Shown here piece after piece: positions 25,729-27,679 of a stretch of 27,679 nt of DNA (position 1 is its first letter; each line of letters begins with the position of its first letter). The notes beneath the pieces were generated by a model. It made no database searches, was not told where the DNA came from, and saw only the letters and a list, made by a program, of their open reading frames with translations. A program made the translations under genes and the position numbers. Where the stretch lies: positions 1-27,679 of the forward strand of contig PRDH01000041.1 in assembly GCA_003345545.1 (NCBI GenBank). Direction: 5' to 3'. This DNA is from Candidatus Thorarchaeota archaeon. GTDB lineage: Archaea; Asgardarchaeota; Thorarchaeia; Thorarchaeales; Thorarchaeaceae.

Positions 25729-26538
25729 GTGATAGAGGTGAAAAGAGATCCCGGGTACGAAGCCCTGATGATTATTCTGTTCATGGCACTCATGCTGTTG
25801 ATTGTTGAGATGTCCCCAATTCTCTCTGGGTTCTTTTCCGGTGAGCTCTACGAACTGGTGGCCACAATCACCTTCTTAGCAACCTTCGTGTTGATGTACC
25901 TAGTGATTGATGCCTTCGCTCGGTCAGAAGAATCGTCAATAGGAAGGCTTGGAATCAGCATTGATGAGACTACTTTTCACGACATGATTATCGGTGCGGT
26001 AGCAGGCACGATTGCTGCCTCAGTCGTGATTCTGTTCGCCTTCTATTTCGGAGGTCAACTACGACCGATTGAGCAAATGACTGCTGACCTGCTTGTTTCA
26101 GAGGTGATAATAACTGCTCCAACTGCGGTCTTTGAAGAACTTGCGCACCGCGGGTACATTCTCCCTCATCTTGAGAGTCTCGCAGGAAAGGGGCGTGCCA
26201 TCATTATCGGTTCACTATTCTTCTCACTCATTCATTTCAGCTGGTGGGCTACTCCTGGGTTTCCGGTGCACCTCATTCTGATCTTCACATTCAACATCTT
26301 TCTTGGTGGTGTTGTGCTATCATTGAGCTACTACTGGTCGGGCAGAAGACTCTGGGTGCCTATTTCCTTCCATTTTGCCTGGAATATGCTTGCGTATATC
26401 ATATTCCCAGTGTACCCTCGCGTTCAAGTCGTTCTTCCTGAAATATTCCAGATTGAATGGGGGCTCACAACAATTGCTGGATTCTTGATTGGACTGTCTG
26501 TCCTCTTCGGACTTCTTAGCAGCAGAAAGAGAGAGTAG
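25729..26538 (+). CDS. CPBP/Abi (type II CAAX-like) intramembrane glutamic endopeptidase
   Basis: FEELAHRGY (EExxxR), FSLIH (FxxxH), HFAWN (HxxxN) and multiple TM helices. Confidence 0.92.
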   Translation: MIEVKRDPGYEALMIILFMALMLLIVEMSPILSGFFSGELYELVATITFLATFVLMYLVIDAFARSEESSIGRLGISIDETTFHDMIIGAVAGTIAASVVILFAFYFGGQLRPIEQMTADLLVSEVIITAPTAVFEELAHRGYILPHLESLAGKGRAIIIGSLFFSLIHFSWWATPGFPVHLILIFTFNIFLGGVVLSLSYYWSGRRLWVPISFHFAWNMLAYIIFPVYPRVQVVLPEIFQIEWGLTTIAGFLIGLSVLFGLLSSRKRE

Positions 26539-26568
26539 AGAAGGTGTCGGTAAAGCCGACACCCTCTT
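26538..26568. terminator. GC-rich hairpin between convergent genes; putative bidirectional terminator or RNA-stabilising stem
   Basis: GGTGTCGG (26543-26550), loop TAAAG, CCGACACC (26556-26563). Pairing extends a few bases after one mismatch. Confidence 0.55.
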
Positions 26569-26573
26569 CGCTA

Positions 26574-27287
26574 TCACTGTTCGTGACCTATTAGCACGTC
26601 CTCAGGGCGCGAAACAATCATCGTCATGCCTATGATGTCCACTATCACAACCTTCTCTCCATTCTTTATCGGAGGTCCAGTTGTTCTCGCCCACCAGATC
26701 TCAGCGCCAGTCTTCACTTTGCCTCTTGGGTTGATGTCTGAAATAGCATGGATATCGGCGTACTTCATCTGTGAGTAAGCTGGCCATTTATCGTAGTTTC
26801 GAAGGAACGCGAAGTAGAGAGCCATCATGCCAATTACACTTCCAGCCATAATGTACACGGTCAGTTTGTTCGTTGGGTCTATGAGCATCGATAGGAATAT
26901 GGCAATACCATAGACTGGAAAGAGTTTCAGGGATACTTTCGCATCCATAAAACCTCCCTCCACAAAACTGCTGCCACCTGTGAACATCATAAAGAGAATG
27001 TACAGTATGGCTCCTATCACAAACAACATCCAGTAAGGAAATGTCACTGGCACTGGGCTATATATACTGGTCATGAAAATCTCCATGACAAAGAGGATGA
27101 CTACTAATGGAACTGTGACTTGGGCCATCGCCTTACCGGTTGCTGGCTCAAGTGTAATGACGAGCAGAGTCGTAATGACCGCGAAGAGTATCAAGCCAAC
27201 CAGGGGATCCACAAGGAAAAGCGTCATGACCATGCTCAATGCTGAGAACATGATCATGACGAGAAAGATCTTGATCCAGGCATCCAT
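26574..27287 (-). CDS. NfeD-like membrane protein (multi-TM + C-terminal OB fold)
   Basis: About six TM helices, then INPRGKVKTGAEIWWART..PIKNGEKVVIVDIIGMTMIV (NfeD C-terminal OB). ATG 27287 after GGAGG. Directly downstream of a stomatin gene. Confidence 0.85.
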   Translation of the reverse strand: MDAWIKIFLVMIMFSALSMVMTLFLVDPLVGLILFAVITTLLVITLEPATGKAMAQVTVPLVVILFVMEIFMTSIYSPVPVTFPYWMLFVIGAILYILFMMFTGGSSFVEGGFMDAKVSLKLFPVYGIAIFLSMLIDPTNKLTVYIMAGSVIGMMALYFAFLRNYDKWPAYSQMKYADIHAISDINPRGKVKTGAEIWWARTTGPPIKNGEKVVIVDIIGMTMIVSRPEDVLIGHEQ

Positions 27288-27312
27288 AATAACGTCCTCC
27301 AATCATAGATGC

Positions 27313-27678
27313 TTACTCTTCGGGTGATACCGTACCCTTGTTTGCGGGTAGCTTAAGCCCTCCAGTTCCTGCTGATATAGCTGCAGCAACCCCGGTAGTC
27401 GTGCCAACTTCTGGTATATTCGTCGGTACCATGATGATTAGGTTGGCGTTCTTTGAGATTTCCTGCATGATGTTCCATGTACGAAGGACAAAACCGACTT
27501 GTGACTCTTCATACCTCTTTGCAGCCTTGAGCATGTTGTCGGCAGCTTCTTGCTCTGCTTGTGCCAAGATGATTCTAGCCCTCCCTTCTCTTTGAGCCTG
27601 AGCCTCCCTGCTCATCGCATCCTGAAGTGCTGACGGGATGACTACATCACGGATTTCAACACTGGTGACTTTGACACC
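27313..27678 (-). CDS. SPFH/band-7 stomatin-like protein (C-terminal part; 5'-truncated by window edge)
   Basis: The frame is open to the window end: GVKVTSVEIRDVVIPSALQDAMSREAQAQREGRARIILAQAEQEAA, the stomatin signature region. Confidence 0.92.
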   Translation of the reverse strand, partial: GVKVTSVEIRDVVIPSALQDAMSREAQAQREGRARIILAQAEQEAADNMLKAAKRYEESQVGFVLRTWNIMQEISKNANLIIMVPTNIPEVGTTTGVAAAISAGTGGLKLPANKGTVSPEE

Positions 27679-27679
27679 C

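Overview
Gene-dense archaeal chromosomal segment, most consistent with an Asgard archaeon (Thorarchaeota-like). This is inferred from longin-, SNAP- and E2F/DP-like eukaryotic-signature proteins, archaeal housekeeping genes, GGAG/GGTG Shine-Dalgarno motifs and frequent TTG/GTG starts. About 28 CDS; no rRNA, tRNA, CRISPR or mobile element was seen. The left half is mostly housekeeping and metabolic: ALDH, RsmB/NSUN methyltransferase, PDCD5, TatD, PAC2, tRNA-binding OB protein, MazG, PaaK-like ligase and a COG2403 P-loop enzyme. It also carries an alpha-SNAP-like protein with a WH2-like actin-binding motif and a longin-wHTH protein. The most striking part is 13.8-25.5 kb. (i) An E2F/DP-like transcription factor (RRVYD winged helix plus coiled coil) sits behind an array of direct and inverted TTCGGA(A/G)(A/G)AT repeats. 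(ii) An ~10.6 kb cluster encodes four vWA proteins, three of them with a Cdc48/NSF/Ufd1-N-like domain in front of the vWA. Within it, an ~890-aa protein is a fused, catalytically degenerate, head-to-head mirror copy of the two genes opposite it (amidohydrolase + Cdc48N-vWA). Coiled-coil proteins and a HEAT protein with triple LP-type repeats flank these genes. All family calls come from motif recognition by eye; no database search was run.
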